Shown: positions 22,084 through 31,413, numbered from the stretch's first letter. The stretch is 39,798 nt of DNA from Candidatus Woesearchaeota archaeon (GCA_016185805.1 JACPMW010000003.1:1-39798), one strand, 5' to 3'. The notes: generated by a model from the sequence alone, not told the origin. Numbers and translations: made by a program.

Positions 22084-22592
22084 CAAGGGAAGATGAGACA
22101 ATTTGGGCGTTGAGGACAACTGCCAACAGGGAAGATCAAGTTATGGACTTTGTTGCAAGCAATGCCACCAAGAAAAAGCTTGAGGTTTATTCTGTGGTAA
22201 GGCCGCACGGCATGCGCGGCTATATCTTCATTGAAGCTGCAACAAAAACAGACGCAGAGCAGGCTGCCTTTAATATCCCTTATGCAAGGGGAATTTTGCC
22301 CCAGCCTGTAAAATACTCGGAGATAGAGCACATGCTTGAGCAGGTCAAGCACGAAATGAATATCCAAAAAAACGATATCGTCGAAATAATAAGCGGCCCG
22401 TTCAAGAGGGAAAATGCAAAAGTCACGAGAATAGACAAGACCAAAGAGGAGGTTGTTGTTGAATTGCTCGAAGCTGCAGTCCCAATTCCAATAACTGTCA
22501 AGATGGATGCTGTAAAGGTTATAAGAAGGGAGACAGAAACAGCTGCAAAAGAAGAGGAAGAGACAGGCGAAGACACATATAAAGGTTTTTAA
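22080..22592 (+). CDS. spt5: Transcription elongation factor Spt5 (archaeal NusG)
   Basis: 170 aa. The NGN domain has WALRTTANREDQV...GYIFIEA. The KOW motif reads DIVEIISGPFKRENAKVTRIDKTKEEVVVELL. Confidence 0.9.
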   Translation: MTREDETIWALRTTANREDQVMDFVASNATKKKLEVYSVVRPHGMRGYIFIEAATKTDAEQAAFNIPYARGILPQPVKYSEIEHMLEQVKHEMNIQKNDIVEIISGPFKRENAKVTRIDKTKEEVVVELLEAAVPIPITVKMDAVKVIRRETETAAKEEEETGEDTYKGF

Positions 22593-22612
22593 AGCAAAAT
22601 TATAACAATTCA

Positions 22613-22972
22613 ATGAAAATAGACATACTTAATTTTAAGTCAAAAAAAACTAAATGGATGGTCTATTCAATAATAGTTATTCTCGTTATTTTTATTATTG
22701 GTAAGTTTGCCATGGAAATAATAGCTATTATAAGTGGGATTATTGTATTAATCTTTCTCTTTTTCCTATTCAAGCTTTTTGGTTCTATAGGTAAGTTAGA
22801 ACCAAAAGAACTAAAATTTCACTCTTTAGAGGAAAAAGCAGCTTACCATAGAAAAATCGGGGAAATGCGTGCGATAAAAGACTACAAAGAGACCGAAAAA
22901 AGAAAAAAAGAAACAACCGACGCAATATTTAATTTTCTTGGTGGTTATGAAAAGAAAAAGAGAAAATATTGA
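22613..22972 (+). CDS. Small membrane protein (two TM helices plus a basic tail), part of the AT-rich insertion
   Basis: 119 aa with hydrophobic stretches VYSIIVILVIFIIG and IIAIISGIIVLIFLFFLF. Confidence 0.4.
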   Translation: MKIDILNFKSKKTKWMVYSIIVILVIFIIGKFAMEIIAIISGIIVLIFLFFLFKLFGSIGKLEPKELKFHSLEEKAAYHRKIGEMRAIKDYKETEKRKKETTDAIFNFLGGYEKKKRKY

Positions 22973-23009
22973 TTGGGTTAATTTATACTACAAACTATAT
23001 GTTCTAGTA

Positions 23010-23041
23010 CCACTGGACATCTTCACGCATAATATTTAAAC
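23010..23041 (+). promoter_or_regulatory. Promoter-proximal element copy B (CTGGACA unit plus TATA-like box) facing the LAGLIDADG/HTH gene
   Basis: The sequence reads CCACTGGACATCTTCACGCATAATATTTAAAC and lies 136 nt upstream of the ATG at 23177. Confidence 0.4.
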
Positions 23042-23176
23042 TAATTCTACTCATTTTTTGGGATTTTAATATTTTAAATCACCTTAAGCAATGTTCAACT
23101 GCCAAATTATAATTTTTTGGTTTTCAACACAAAAATCAATTATTCAGTCTCAACTAAGATAACTCGGTGATTTAAA

Positions 23177-24346
23177 ATGCATAATCAAAAAATGGAAAAT
23201 AGAGAATTGTTAAATAAATACAATGTGAAGTTTGATGCCCAAGAATGGACTTTAATAGTTTTAGGTATAAGGAAAACCTTGAATTTGAGCCAAATACAAT
23301 TAAGCAAGAAACTAGGAATTTGCAGACAATCAATTAGCAGATTTGAGGCAAAACAAAGAGTTCCAAATGATGAGTCTATTAGTAAGATTCTCGCTTTTAT
23401 AAAAGAAAATAACTTTAATGTTGAAGAATTAATAAAAATTGGAAACAATTATGTTGATGAATATTTAAGCAGAGAAAAATTCAATAAATTAAATTTAGAA
23501 AAAAGTGAAGAAAATTTATTAGCAAGCAATATTGGGTTTGAAAGCTACAAGAGATTCTCATTCTATAATATAGCTTTCGTAAGATATTTGGAACAAGACT
23601 GTGGAATAAAATGTGGAAGCAAATCTAAGAGCAATATTGGAATCCCTAAATGGTGTTTAGAAAGAAAAGAATTTGCTAGTGCAGTATTGAGAGGCTTGTT
23701 TGATACAGACGGATATTTTGCATATTGCGGTGGCTCGTTAGAAATTATGTATGGCAGATTTTCTGATAAGTGTACACAGTTAGTTTATGACATTAAAACA
23801 GCATTAAATTTTCTGGAAATTAATCATGTAATCAAACATACTAAAGATGGAAGATATAGGATAAGAATTCTTAATAAGAAAGAAGTATTGAGATTCTTTT
23901 CCATTGTTGGAACTTCAAATATAAAACATATTATTAGGTTCTTATTGTGGAGAATATCTAGGTACGAGGCAAAGATCGAGAAAGAAGGATTAATCCCTTT
24001 AATGAAAACCTTAAATGAAATGATTAAAATGGACATCAGTAACGTAAAGTTACCATTCCATTGGGGTATAGAAAATTATGATTTTTCACACCATATTAAC
24101 ATCGATAATTACTTGCTTAAAGGATTAGAACTTCGAAACCTATTTAAATGGAACATATTTACTAAAGACCTATCAGCCAAAATCGGCGACGAACAAATAG
24201 CTAATTGCTTAGGAATTAATACTAGAAGCGTTAGAAAATACAAAGATGGTACGAGAATACCATCAGCTATGCTTGTTCACAAGTTAATTAATCTAGCTAA
24301 GAATAATAATATACAAATACAAATTTCAAACTATAAGCGTGATTAA
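23177..24346 (+). CDS. HTH (XRE-like) and LAGLIDADG homing-endonuclease-like protein
   Basis: N-terminal HTH: LNLSQIQLSKKLGICRQSISRFEAKQRVP. LAGLIDADG-type motif: FASAVLRGLFDTDGYFAY. Second HTH-like region: IANCLGINTRSVRKYKDGTRIP. The gene is very AT-rich. Confidence 0.55.
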   Translation: MHNQKMENRELLNKYNVKFDAQEWTLIVLGIRKTLNLSQIQLSKKLGICRQSISRFEAKQRVPNDESISKILAFIKENNFNVEELIKIGNNYVDEYLSREKFNKLNLEKSEENLLASNIGFESYKRFSFYNIAFVRYLEQDCGIKCGSKSKSNIGIPKWCLERKEFASAVLRGLFDTDGYFAYCGGSLEIMYGRFSDKCTQLVYDIKTALNFLEINHVIKHTKDGRYRIRILNKKEVLRFFSIVGTSNIKHIIRFLLWRISRYEAKIEKEGLIPLMKTLNEMIKMDISNVKLPFHWGIENYDFSHHINIDNYLLKGLELRNLFKWNIFTKDLSAKIGDEQIANCLGINTRSVRKYKDGTRIPSAMLVHKLINLAKNNNIQIQISNYKRD

Positions 24347-25133
24347 ATTGTCAAAAACTACTGTTGCAGTTTTAGTGGAAGGTGGTAAGGCGACAGCCGC
24401 CCCTCCAGTGGGAAGTTCCCTAGGGCCATTAGGAGTGAATATAGGTCAAGTAGTTAGTGAAATAAATAAAAAAACAGCTTCCTTTTCAGGCATGCAAGTA
24501 CCTATAAAAATAAAAGTGGATTCAGATACAAAAGCATTCGAAATTTTCATTGGAACCCCTCCAACATCTGGTCTTGTGAAAAAAGAGGCTAATCTGGAGA
24601 AGGCATCAGGCAAGGCAAAGCATGAAATGGTCGCAGACATTCTAATTGAGCAGATTATCAAAATAGCAAAGATGAAAGAGACTGCCATGCTTGGAAAGAC
24701 ACTCAAGGAAAGGGTGAAGGAAGTTGTTGGCACATGCCAGTCAATGGGAATTCTTGTGGAAGGGAAGCCTGCAAAGGAGACGATGAGGGATATTGAGGCA
24801 GGCATGTTTGACGAGGAAATAAGGCTTGAAAAGACAGAGTTGTCTGCTGAGGAGCTTGCAAGGCTTGAAGAGGAGAAAAAGAAATTGGCAGAAGAGCTTG
24901 CAAAGAGAAAGGCAGAGTTTGAAAAGATTGCCAAAGAGATAATAGCGCAGATGGTCGGCAAGGCAAGGGGAGAGATAAAGGCAAAGTTAACCCAGGCAGG
25001 CATCCCAGATGAAATGATAAAGGAATTATTGCCGGTTGAAGGCGTTGCAGCCGCACCAGGAGCAGCCCCAGCGCCAGGCGCGGCACCAGCCGCAGCCCCT
25101 GCAGCTGAAGCAAAGAAAGAATCCCGTTTTTGA
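24339..25133 (+). CDS. rpl11: 50S ribosomal protein L11 with a roughly 100-aa C-terminal extension
   Basis: GTG start. The L11 core runs from VLVEGGKATAAPPVGSSLGPLGVNIGQVV to GTCQSMGILVEGK. It is followed by a K/E coiled coil, an Ala/Pro-rich hinge (AAAPGAAPAPGAAPAAAPAAE) and an acidic-basic tail. Confidence 0.85.
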   Translation: MIKLSKTTVAVLVEGGKATAAPPVGSSLGPLGVNIGQVVSEINKKTASFSGMQVPIKIKVDSDTKAFEIFIGTPPTSGLVKKEANLEKASGKAKHEMVADILIEQIIKIAKMKETAMLGKTLKERVKEVVGTCQSMGILVEGKPAKETMRDIEAGMFDEEIRLEKTELSAEELARLEEEKKKLAEELAKRKAEFEKIAKEIIAQMVGKARGEIKAKLTQAGIPDEMIKELLPVEGVAAAPGAAPAPGAAPAAAPAAEAKKESRF

Positions 25134-25249
25134 GCATGCTCGGAATTTCGCAATGTATTTGCCAGAGTATTCTGCCACTAGTTATAAACTAGTGGAAAAT
25201 TCCGACATTTTAAAAAAGTATTTATAGTTGGATTTTAAAGAATTAGTTA

Positions 25250-27001
25250 ATGGCATTTCATGAAGGTATATCAAGTTTTTTTGGCTCTGCAAGCAGCGTC
25301 TTTAGTTCTGTAAATTTTGGATATGTTGGAATAGGGTTGGTTGTTATAGCGCTTATTGTAATAATATGGATTGCTTCAAGAAGCAGCAATACTCCACCAT
25401 GGAGAGAAATGTGGCCTTTAAGAAACATGGGAAATTTTGGTGCTGGAGGCCATTTAGTGAGCGGCAGGCAAATGGCCAAGAGGCTGCGGGCAGGGGCAAA
25501 AATGTCTTTTGCGCTGGCAGGGCAAGCTGGAATAGCGGTGTCAAAAACTAAGCTTGGAAAGCTTGTCGGCAATACTGTCAAAGACCTGTTCAGGGAAGAG
25601 GGATTTGCCATTTCCGAAGAGGCTCGCTTGATGAATGAAGCAGCTGCCTCATGGAATGCTGCAAAGCTCGTGGAAAAACTTACTAATGGGGAAATAAAGG
25701 ATCATGAATACAGGATAGCTCTTGATGCAAGAATAAAGCAGTATATAATCGAACTGTATTCAATGGCAGAAAATGTCGGGGTGAATGGACTGAGTGAGCA
25801 AACAAAAAAGTTTGTTCTAGAGATTGGAGAGCAATTGACGACTGCGCTTGTACAGCTTGCAAACAGCGAGAAATTTGAAGTTCAGATAAGAAGGCAGGCT
25901 TTTGACGCAACAAGGAAATGGCTCGATATTTGCGAAACCTCATCCAAAAGGGCTGCTACTGTCGAGGCAAGGGCAAGGCGATGGGAAAAGAGGCTGACAA
26001 GGCTTTTTAGGCGACAGATTAGGGCATTGGCAAAAGCGTTGAAACAGAAATTGAAAGATTCAGAGAGGCGAGCCAGCGAATTGGAAGCCACTTTAAGAAA
26101 AGGGGCTGGTACAAGATTTAGTATGCGGCAAGCAATTGCCAAATATGAAATGACAAAGTCAAATGTAACGATGCTAACAGGCTTTCTCGAGCAGCTGGGA
26201 CAGCAAAGCTCAAGAATGGTCCGCACCTTCAATAGGGTAATAACTGATTTAGGACAAGCGCAGCAGCTATTTAGCGCTGCCCACAAGCTTTCAAACCAAA
26301 TGGAGAAGCTTGAGAGAGAAGTTGACGATGAAGGAGAAAAACTTAAGAAATACGCATCAACCATCCAATTGCGCTTCCCCACAATGCATGACAGGCCAGT
26401 AGATGATATTGTTCTTCAATTGACTGCAGATTGTGCTGCAGTATTTGAGTCAATAATCAAGATGTTGAACAAGATTTCCAGCATAGACGGCAATATACTC
26501 TTGAGCGAAGTCGGAACAGTGCAAAATGCAGTGGAAGTTTCCTTCAAGGCGGAAGAAGCAACAAGAATAGCAGAGGCTTACTTCCAAAGAATGATAGAAT
26601 CATATGGCAGCCTGCAGAAGCTGGTCAAAAGCTCTGATCTGGCAGAGCAAATATCAGCAGAATCTCTTCAATACGAAATCAACCTTGATGAAATGGAAGA
26701 AAAAATAGCAAGAGGCGAAGAAACTTTAGCGGAAGATGTCAAGGGATTTTTCATAAAAACACGTAATACGTTGCAGGATTCAAAAACTGCGATTGAGAGG
26801 CACATTGAGATTCTCGCCACTCTTATTGAATTGACAACAGGCACAAAAAAATTCATACTTGACTCCCTTGAAAGGATAATAACAAACCTCAATCAGGTGA
26901 AAATAGCCATGAATCAGGAGTTCCAGCAGGCTGCTGCCGCATTCCAGGAGAAATTTGCACAGGCAAGGAGTGCGCAGACATTAGAAAGGATAGCAGCCTA
27001 A
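25250..27001 (+). CDS. Large membrane-anchored coiled-coil protein, unknown function
   Basis: 583 aa with one N-terminal TM helix (VGIGLVVIALIVIIWIA), then long helical and coiled-coil sequence. Confidence 0.45.
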   Translation: MAFHEGISSFFGSASSVFSSVNFGYVGIGLVVIALIVIIWIASRSSNTPPWREMWPLRNMGNFGAGGHLVSGRQMAKRLRAGAKMSFALAGQAGIAVSKTKLGKLVGNTVKDLFREEGFAISEEARLMNEAAASWNAAKLVEKLTNGEIKDHEYRIALDARIKQYIIELYSMAENVGVNGLSEQTKKFVLEIGEQLTTALVQLANSEKFEVQIRRQAFDATRKWLDICETSSKRAATVEARARRWEKRLTRLFRRQIRALAKALKQKLKDSERRASELEATLRKGAGTRFSMRQAIAKYEMTKSNVTMLTGFLEQLGQQSSRMVRTFNRVITDLGQAQQLFSAAHKLSNQMEKLEREVDDEGEKLKKYASTIQLRFPTMHDRPVDDIVLQLTADCAAVFESIIKMLNKISSIDGNILLSEVGTVQNAVEVSFKAEEATRIAEAYFQRMIESYGSLQKLVKSSDLAEQISAESLQYEINLDEMEEKIARGEETLAEDVKGFFIKTRNTLQDSKTAIERHIEILATLIELTTGTKKFILDSLERIITNLNQVKIAMNQEFQQAAAAFQEKFAQARSAQTLERIAA

Positions 27002-27825
27002 ATTATCTGATCTGTTCTTTTGAATTCCAAGTTCAAGCCTTTCAATAGCTCCACAATTCTCTGCTTTTCTGTTCCAAGCCCTTTCCAGTCCAATACAACA
27101 AAATCAATTTTTTCTATTGTTTTTTCAACTGACTGCACCAATAAATTTTCATCCAGCTTGTCCAAGTGGTATTTCGGGCAGAAATGCGAAAAAGCAATAT
27201 CTGTCCTTAATGCAACCTTGTTGAAATTGCTGCAGTAATGGGGTCCGCCGATGCCGATGGCAATTTCATAATTTTTATTTTCATTCCTTAACCCTTGGAT
27301 TATTGCCTTTGCCATCAATTCGCCGTTACCTTTGTCATTCCATTCCTCTTCTGTGCTTCCAATCTCGCAGAAAACAGCTGGCTTTTCGACATAAGGCCCA
27401 TGATGTGTTGCTTCCATTGTAAGCTCATAGCCGGAGGTTTCGGCAATGTTATTCAGCTCAATAAATAGGTTCTTTAATAAGACTGCAGAGCTTGGGCAAA
27501 ATTTCCCCTCTTGCCCTCCGAATTCAGCCTTGCCCCAGTTCCCGATTGCATGGACTGCAAATGATTTTGTGTTTTCTTTTGAGCGGTGCTTAGATGCAAA
27601 GATAAGAATGTCTGCATTAATTTTTTTATCAATGTTTTCAGAGAAAATCAAGTCATCTTCAATTAAGTATGATTTTATTATTTTATTTGGAATTTCGGAG
27701 TATTCAAATATATCATTGTTATCAAATTTTTCCTTAATTTTCACAAAGTCAAATAATTCTATTAAGTTGTTTCTTATGTTGATTCCTGCAAGGTCTTTGG
27801 AGGATGAAATTATTGCAATGTCCAT
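26998..27825 (-). CDS. dtdA: D-aminoacyl-tRNA deacylase, archaeal type (DtdA)
   Basis: The start at ATG 27825 gives MDIAIISSSKDLAGINI. Blocks MEATHHGPYVEKPAVFCEIGSTEEEW and IGIGGPHYC. The track's N-terminal extension covers repeat DNA. Confidence 0.75.
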   Translation of the reverse strand: MDIAIISSSKDLAGINIRNNLIELFDFVKIKEKFDNNDIFEYSEIPNKIIKSYLIEDDLIFSENIDKKINADILIFASKHRSKENTKSFAVHAIGNWGKAEFGGQEGKFCPSSAVLLKNLFIELNNIAETSGYELTMEATHHGPYVEKPAVFCEIGSTEEEWNDKGNGELMAKAIIQGLRNENKNYEIAIGIGGPHYCSNFNKVALRTDIAFSHFCPKYHLDKLDENLLVQSVEKTIEKIDFVVLDWKGLGTEKQRIVELLKGLNLEFKRTDQII

Positions 27826-27851
27826 AAATGGAAAAAAGAATTGTAATATAA

Positions 27852-27968
27852 ATAAGTTTAGATAAGTATTTAAATAAGTAATAAAATAAGTATAGTCTGA
27901 AAGCAGAATCAAAATTCTAAATAGCAAATATTTATAAATAAGTAACTTAATAAGTAAAAAAATAAGTA
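27852..27968 (+). repeat. Seven direct ATAAGT(A/T) repeats phased at 10-12 bp in two clusters around a small palindrome
   Basis: Copies start at 27852, 27862, 27874, 27886, 27938, 27950 and 27962. The palindrome AGAAT-CAAA-ATTCT at 27905-27918 lies between the clusters. The last copy ends 3 nt before the ATG at 27971. Confidence 0.6.
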
Positions 27969-27970
27969 AA

Positions 27971-28162
27971 ATGGTTGAGTTTAAAAGAAAACTTTACAAG
28001 AGAGGCTCAAGCTTTGAAACAACAATCCCTATGCCAATCCTGATGCTTCTTGACAAGAACAAGAAGTACAATGTGGTTTTTGCCTATGATGAGGATTCAA
28101 ACAGATGGTACATCAAGTTTGAGGAAAGAGGTGATAAAAAAGGGCTGGACAAAAGACTGTAA
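27971..28162 (+). CDS. Small AbrB/SpoVT-like (swapped-hairpin) DNA-binding protein candidate
   Basis: 63 aa. RKLYKRGSSFETTIPMPIL resembles the AbrB-type beta-hairpin motif. Confidence 0.35.
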   Translation: MVEFKRKLYKRGSSFETTIPMPILMLLDKNKKYNVVFAYDEDSNRWYIKFEERGDKKGLDKRL

Positions 28163-28186
28163 AATTCAAATTTAAAAATAATCAAA

Positions 28187-28358
28187 CCCGAGAGCGACTT
28201 TTGGCTACAAAAGGAGTTGAAAGTGAACCGCTTTTTATGGAGTATTGAATGTATAGGCGAGACCGAGCGTGTGAGTTGAACGCGAGCGTGCGAGCGTTCT
28301 CGCACGCATCTCAAACAAGCGAGGGCGAGCACAAATTTGGCCGAAGGCAGATTGAAAA
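28187..28358 (+). ncRNA. Structured intergenic element, copy 2 of 3 (candidate ncRNA)
   Basis: The 5' hairpin is GAGAGCG-ACTTT...AAAGT-GAAC-CGCTTTT followed by a T-run. A 9-bp hairpin GCGTGCGAG-CGTT-CTCGCACGC sits at 28286-28307. It shares the blocks ATAGGCGAG, GAGCACAAAT and CAGATTGAA with copy 1. Confidence 0.5.
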
Positions 28359-28409
28359 TTAAAATTGATAAATTTAAACAAATAAAAAACTTGAAAACGA
28401 GGTGGGCTT

Positions 28410-28745
28410 ATGAGCAGGCGCTTTGAAGAGGTAATGGACATACTGGATTACAATGAGCTGATGCGCTTTAAAAACGATTTGGACAGCGGCGCACTGACTA
28501 TTAAAAGGCTGCTTGAGGAGAGGATAAAGAAAAAGCTGAAAGAGCATGAAAAAATTTGTGCAACGTGCTCGAGCAATCTGAATTTTTACAGGACAAGCAA
28601 CTACACCTTGGTTTTTGGGCCTGATGACTTCAAGAAAAAGGCAAGCTTCTGCGGCCTTGACTGTTTGGAATACTTTATAATCAAGATGAAGGAGATGAAA
28701 AGGCCAAAAGAGGACAATGTGAGCAATGCGGGCAGTTTTCTCTAA
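28410..28745 (+). CDS. Hypothetical Cys-containing protein
   Basis: 111-aa ORF with CATC...CGLDC and no family recognised. Confidence 0.35.
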   Translation: MSRRFEEVMDILDYNELMRFKNDLDSGALTIKRLLEERIKKKLKEHEKICATCSSNLNFYRTSNYTLVFGPDDFKKKASFCGLDCLEYFIIKMKEMKRPKEDNVSNAGSFL

Positions 28746-28747
28746 AA

Positions 28748-31381
28748 ATGCATTCAAAATCAGCAGCCCAGGTTCTCAAAGAATTAAATGCATCAGCAGA
28801 CGGCTTGAGCGAGAAAGAAGCGGAGTCAAGACTTAAGCAATACGGCCTGAACGAGATAAAAGAGTCAAAAAAGATTCCGCCTTGGAAGATTTTTCTGGAA
28901 CAGTTTAAGAGCGTTGTGCTGTGGATTCTGATTGCAGCCACGCTGATTTCAGCTTTTCTGAAGGAATACATAGACACCATAGTCATTCTGGTCATTATCA
29001 TCCTCATTGCTGTTCTTGGGTTCATCCTTGAGTACAGGGCGGAAAAGGCAATTGAGGCGTTGAAAAAATTGTCATCGTTGAAGGCAACAGTCATAAGAAA
29101 CAGTCAAAAAAAGGAGATTGATGCAAAGCATCTCGTGCCTGGCGACATAATATCCATAGAAACAGGCAACAAAATCCCTGCAGATGCAAGATTATTGGAA
29201 ATTTTTAATTTGCAGGCGCAGGAAGCAGCCTTGACAGGCGAATCGCAGCCTGTCAAGAAAAACACGGATGTTTTGCCTGAAAAAACGCAGGTGGCAGACA
29301 TGAAAAATATGGTATTCTCTGGCACTATTGTCACAAGCGGAAGGGCGAAGGCAATCGTGACCGGAACAGGCATGCATACAGAAATAGGCAAGATAGCCAC
29401 CATGATAGAGGAAGTAAAGCCCGAGCCGACACCATTGCAGAAAAAGATGGACGGCCTTGGAAAATTCCTTGGAAAAATTGTCATAGCAATTGCAGTTTTG
29501 ATTTTCGCGGTTGGAATGCTCTTCCGTGAAAAGCCGCTGCTTGACATGCTGATTTTTGCGGTTGCGGTTGCGGTTGCTGCAATTCCCGAGGCATTGCTCG
29601 CAATAGTCACAATGTCATTGGCGCTTGGAACTCAAAGAATGCTGAAAAGAAATGCCTTGATAAGAAGGCTCCCCAGCGTTGAAACGCTTGGCTCGACAAC
29701 CGTGATTTGCACCGACAAGACAGGCACATTGACAATGAACCAGATGACAGTGAGGAAAATCTTTGCGAACGGCAAAATAATTGATGTTTCCGGCTCGGGA
29801 TATGAGACAAAAGGCCAGTTCTTATATAAAGGAAAGCCCGTCAGGATTGATGAAATCGAGCAGCTTCTTCTCATAGGATCATTAAACAACAATTCCGAGC
29901 TGAAAGAAGGCAATGTCATAGGCGACCCCACTGAAGGCTCTTTGATAGTGAGCGCTGAAAAAGCCGGCCTTGGCAAAAAAGATTTGGACGTAGAATATCC
30001 GAGAACTGACGAGATAGAGTTCACAAGCGAAAGGAAAATGATGACCACTTTGCATAATCGCCATGGCGAAAAGCTTGCCTTTGTGAAAGGCGCCCCTGAA
30101 GTGATCCTGAAATTATGCAGTTACATCCTTATAAATGGCAAGGCCAAAAAACTGACAGAGGACATGAAAAAAGAAATTCTTGAGATAAACAAGGAACTTG
30201 CAAATGACGCATTGAGAGTTCTTGGGTTTGCGTACAAGACCATTGTGACTGAAAAAGACCCTGAAAAAAATCTTATTTTTGCAGGTCTGCAGGGAATGAT
30301 TGACCCGGCAAGGCCCGAAGTCAAAATAGCGGTTGAAAAATGCAATAACGCAGGCATAAAGGTTGTCATGATCACAGGCGACCATGAAATAACTGCAAAA
30401 GCTGTTGCAAAAGAGATTGGGCTGGCAGGCAAAGTAGTTACAGGCCAGCAGCTTGATGAAATCAAGAATCTTGAAGACTGGGTTGATGACATTGCAATTT
30501 TTGCGAGGGTCAATCCCGAGCACAAGATAAAGATTGTAGATGCATTGAAGAAAAAAGGCCATATTGTTGCAATGACCGGTGATGGGGTTAATGACGCTCC
30601 TGCGCTTAAAAAAGCCGACATAGGAATCGCAATGGGCATCACAGGGACTGATGTTGCAAAGGAAGCATCATCAATGATATTGCTCGATGACAATTTCGCA
30701 TCCATAGTCAATGCAGTCGAGGAAGGCAGGGGAGTCTATGACAATATAAGAAAATACATCGGATTTTTGCTCTCGGGCAATATTGGGGAAGTGCTGATAA
30801 TTTTTCTTGGCATAATATCAGGATTGCCATTGGTTTTGACAGCAACCCAAATTCTGCTCATCAACCTTGTTACAGACGGATTGCCGGCGCTTGCATTAAG
30901 CGCAGACCCATTTGAGCCGAATGCAATGTCAAGGAAGCCAAGAAAGCAAAATGAGTCGCTGTTCAAGGGATTGAATCCATTTCTCATATATTATCCAATT
31001 GCGCAGGTTGCAGTCGCGCTTTCAATGTTCACTTACATATTTTTCACAGAAGGCAATTTAGCTAAAGCCCAGACAGCCGCATTTTTGACAATCGGCATGT
31101 TTGAATTATACCAGTCAATTGCGTCAAGGTCAACGATGTATCCTGTGCTTAAAGTTGGAGTATTCAAAAATAAATTTTTGATTTTTGCTTTCGTAAGCTC
31201 TTTCATCGTCATGGCAGCCTCGATTTTTATTCCGTCATTGGGAAAGTACCTGGACATGCATCCAATCCAATTGCCGATGTTTTTATTTATAGTTGCTGTC
31301 TCTAGCCTTGGGGCTGTAATAATAGAGCTGTGCAAGCATTACAAGACAAGGAATGAAGTGATTGAAATAAATAATGCTTAA
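28748..31381 (+). CDS. P-type cation-transporting ATPase (type II, Ca2+/Mg2+-like)
   Basis: 877 aa. Blocks TGES, ICTDKTGTLT, KGAPE, MITGDH and MTGDGVNDAPALKKADIGIAMG. Confidence 0.9.
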   Translation: MHSKSAAQVLKELNASADGLSEKEAESRLKQYGLNEIKESKKIPPWKIFLEQFKSVVLWILIAATLISAFLKEYIDTIVILVIIILIAVLGFILEYRAEKAIEALKKLSSLKATVIRNSQKKEIDAKHLVPGDIISIETGNKIPADARLLEIFNLQAQEAALTGESQPVKKNTDVLPEKTQVADMKNMVFSGTIVTSGRAKAIVTGTGMHTEIGKIATMIEEVKPEPTPLQKKMDGLGKFLGKIVIAIAVLIFAVGMLFREKPLLDMLIFAVAVAVAAIPEALLAIVTMSLALGTQRMLKRNALIRRLPSVETLGSTTVICTDKTGTLTMNQMTVRKIFANGKIIDVSGSGYETKGQFLYKGKPVRIDEIEQLLLIGSLNNNSELKEGNVIGDPTEGSLIVSAEKAGLGKKDLDVEYPRTDEIEFTSERKMMTTLHNRHGEKLAFVKGAPEVILKLCSYILINGKAKKLTEDMKKEILEINKELANDALRVLGFAYKTIVTEKDPEKNLIFAGLQGMIDPARPEVKIAVEKCNNAGIKVVMITGDHEITAKAVAKEIGLAGKVVTGQQLDEIKNLEDWVDDIAIFARVNPEHKIKIVDALKKKGHIVAMTGDGVNDAPALKKADIGIAMGITGTDVAKEASSMILLDDNFASIVNAVEEGRGVYDNIRKYIGFLLSGNIGEVLIIFLGIISGLPLVLTATQILLINLVTDGLPALALSADPFEPNAMSRKPRKQNESLFKGLNPFLIYYPIAQVAVALSMFTYIFFTEGNLAKAQTAAFLTIGMFELYQSIASRSTMYPVLKVGVFKNKFLIFAFVSSFIVMAASIFIPSLGKYLDMHPIQLPMFLFIVAVSSLGAVIIELCKHYKTRNEVIEINNA

Positions 31382-31413
31382 GGTTTAAATATGGCGCTTT
31401 ACTTCTAAGGTAT

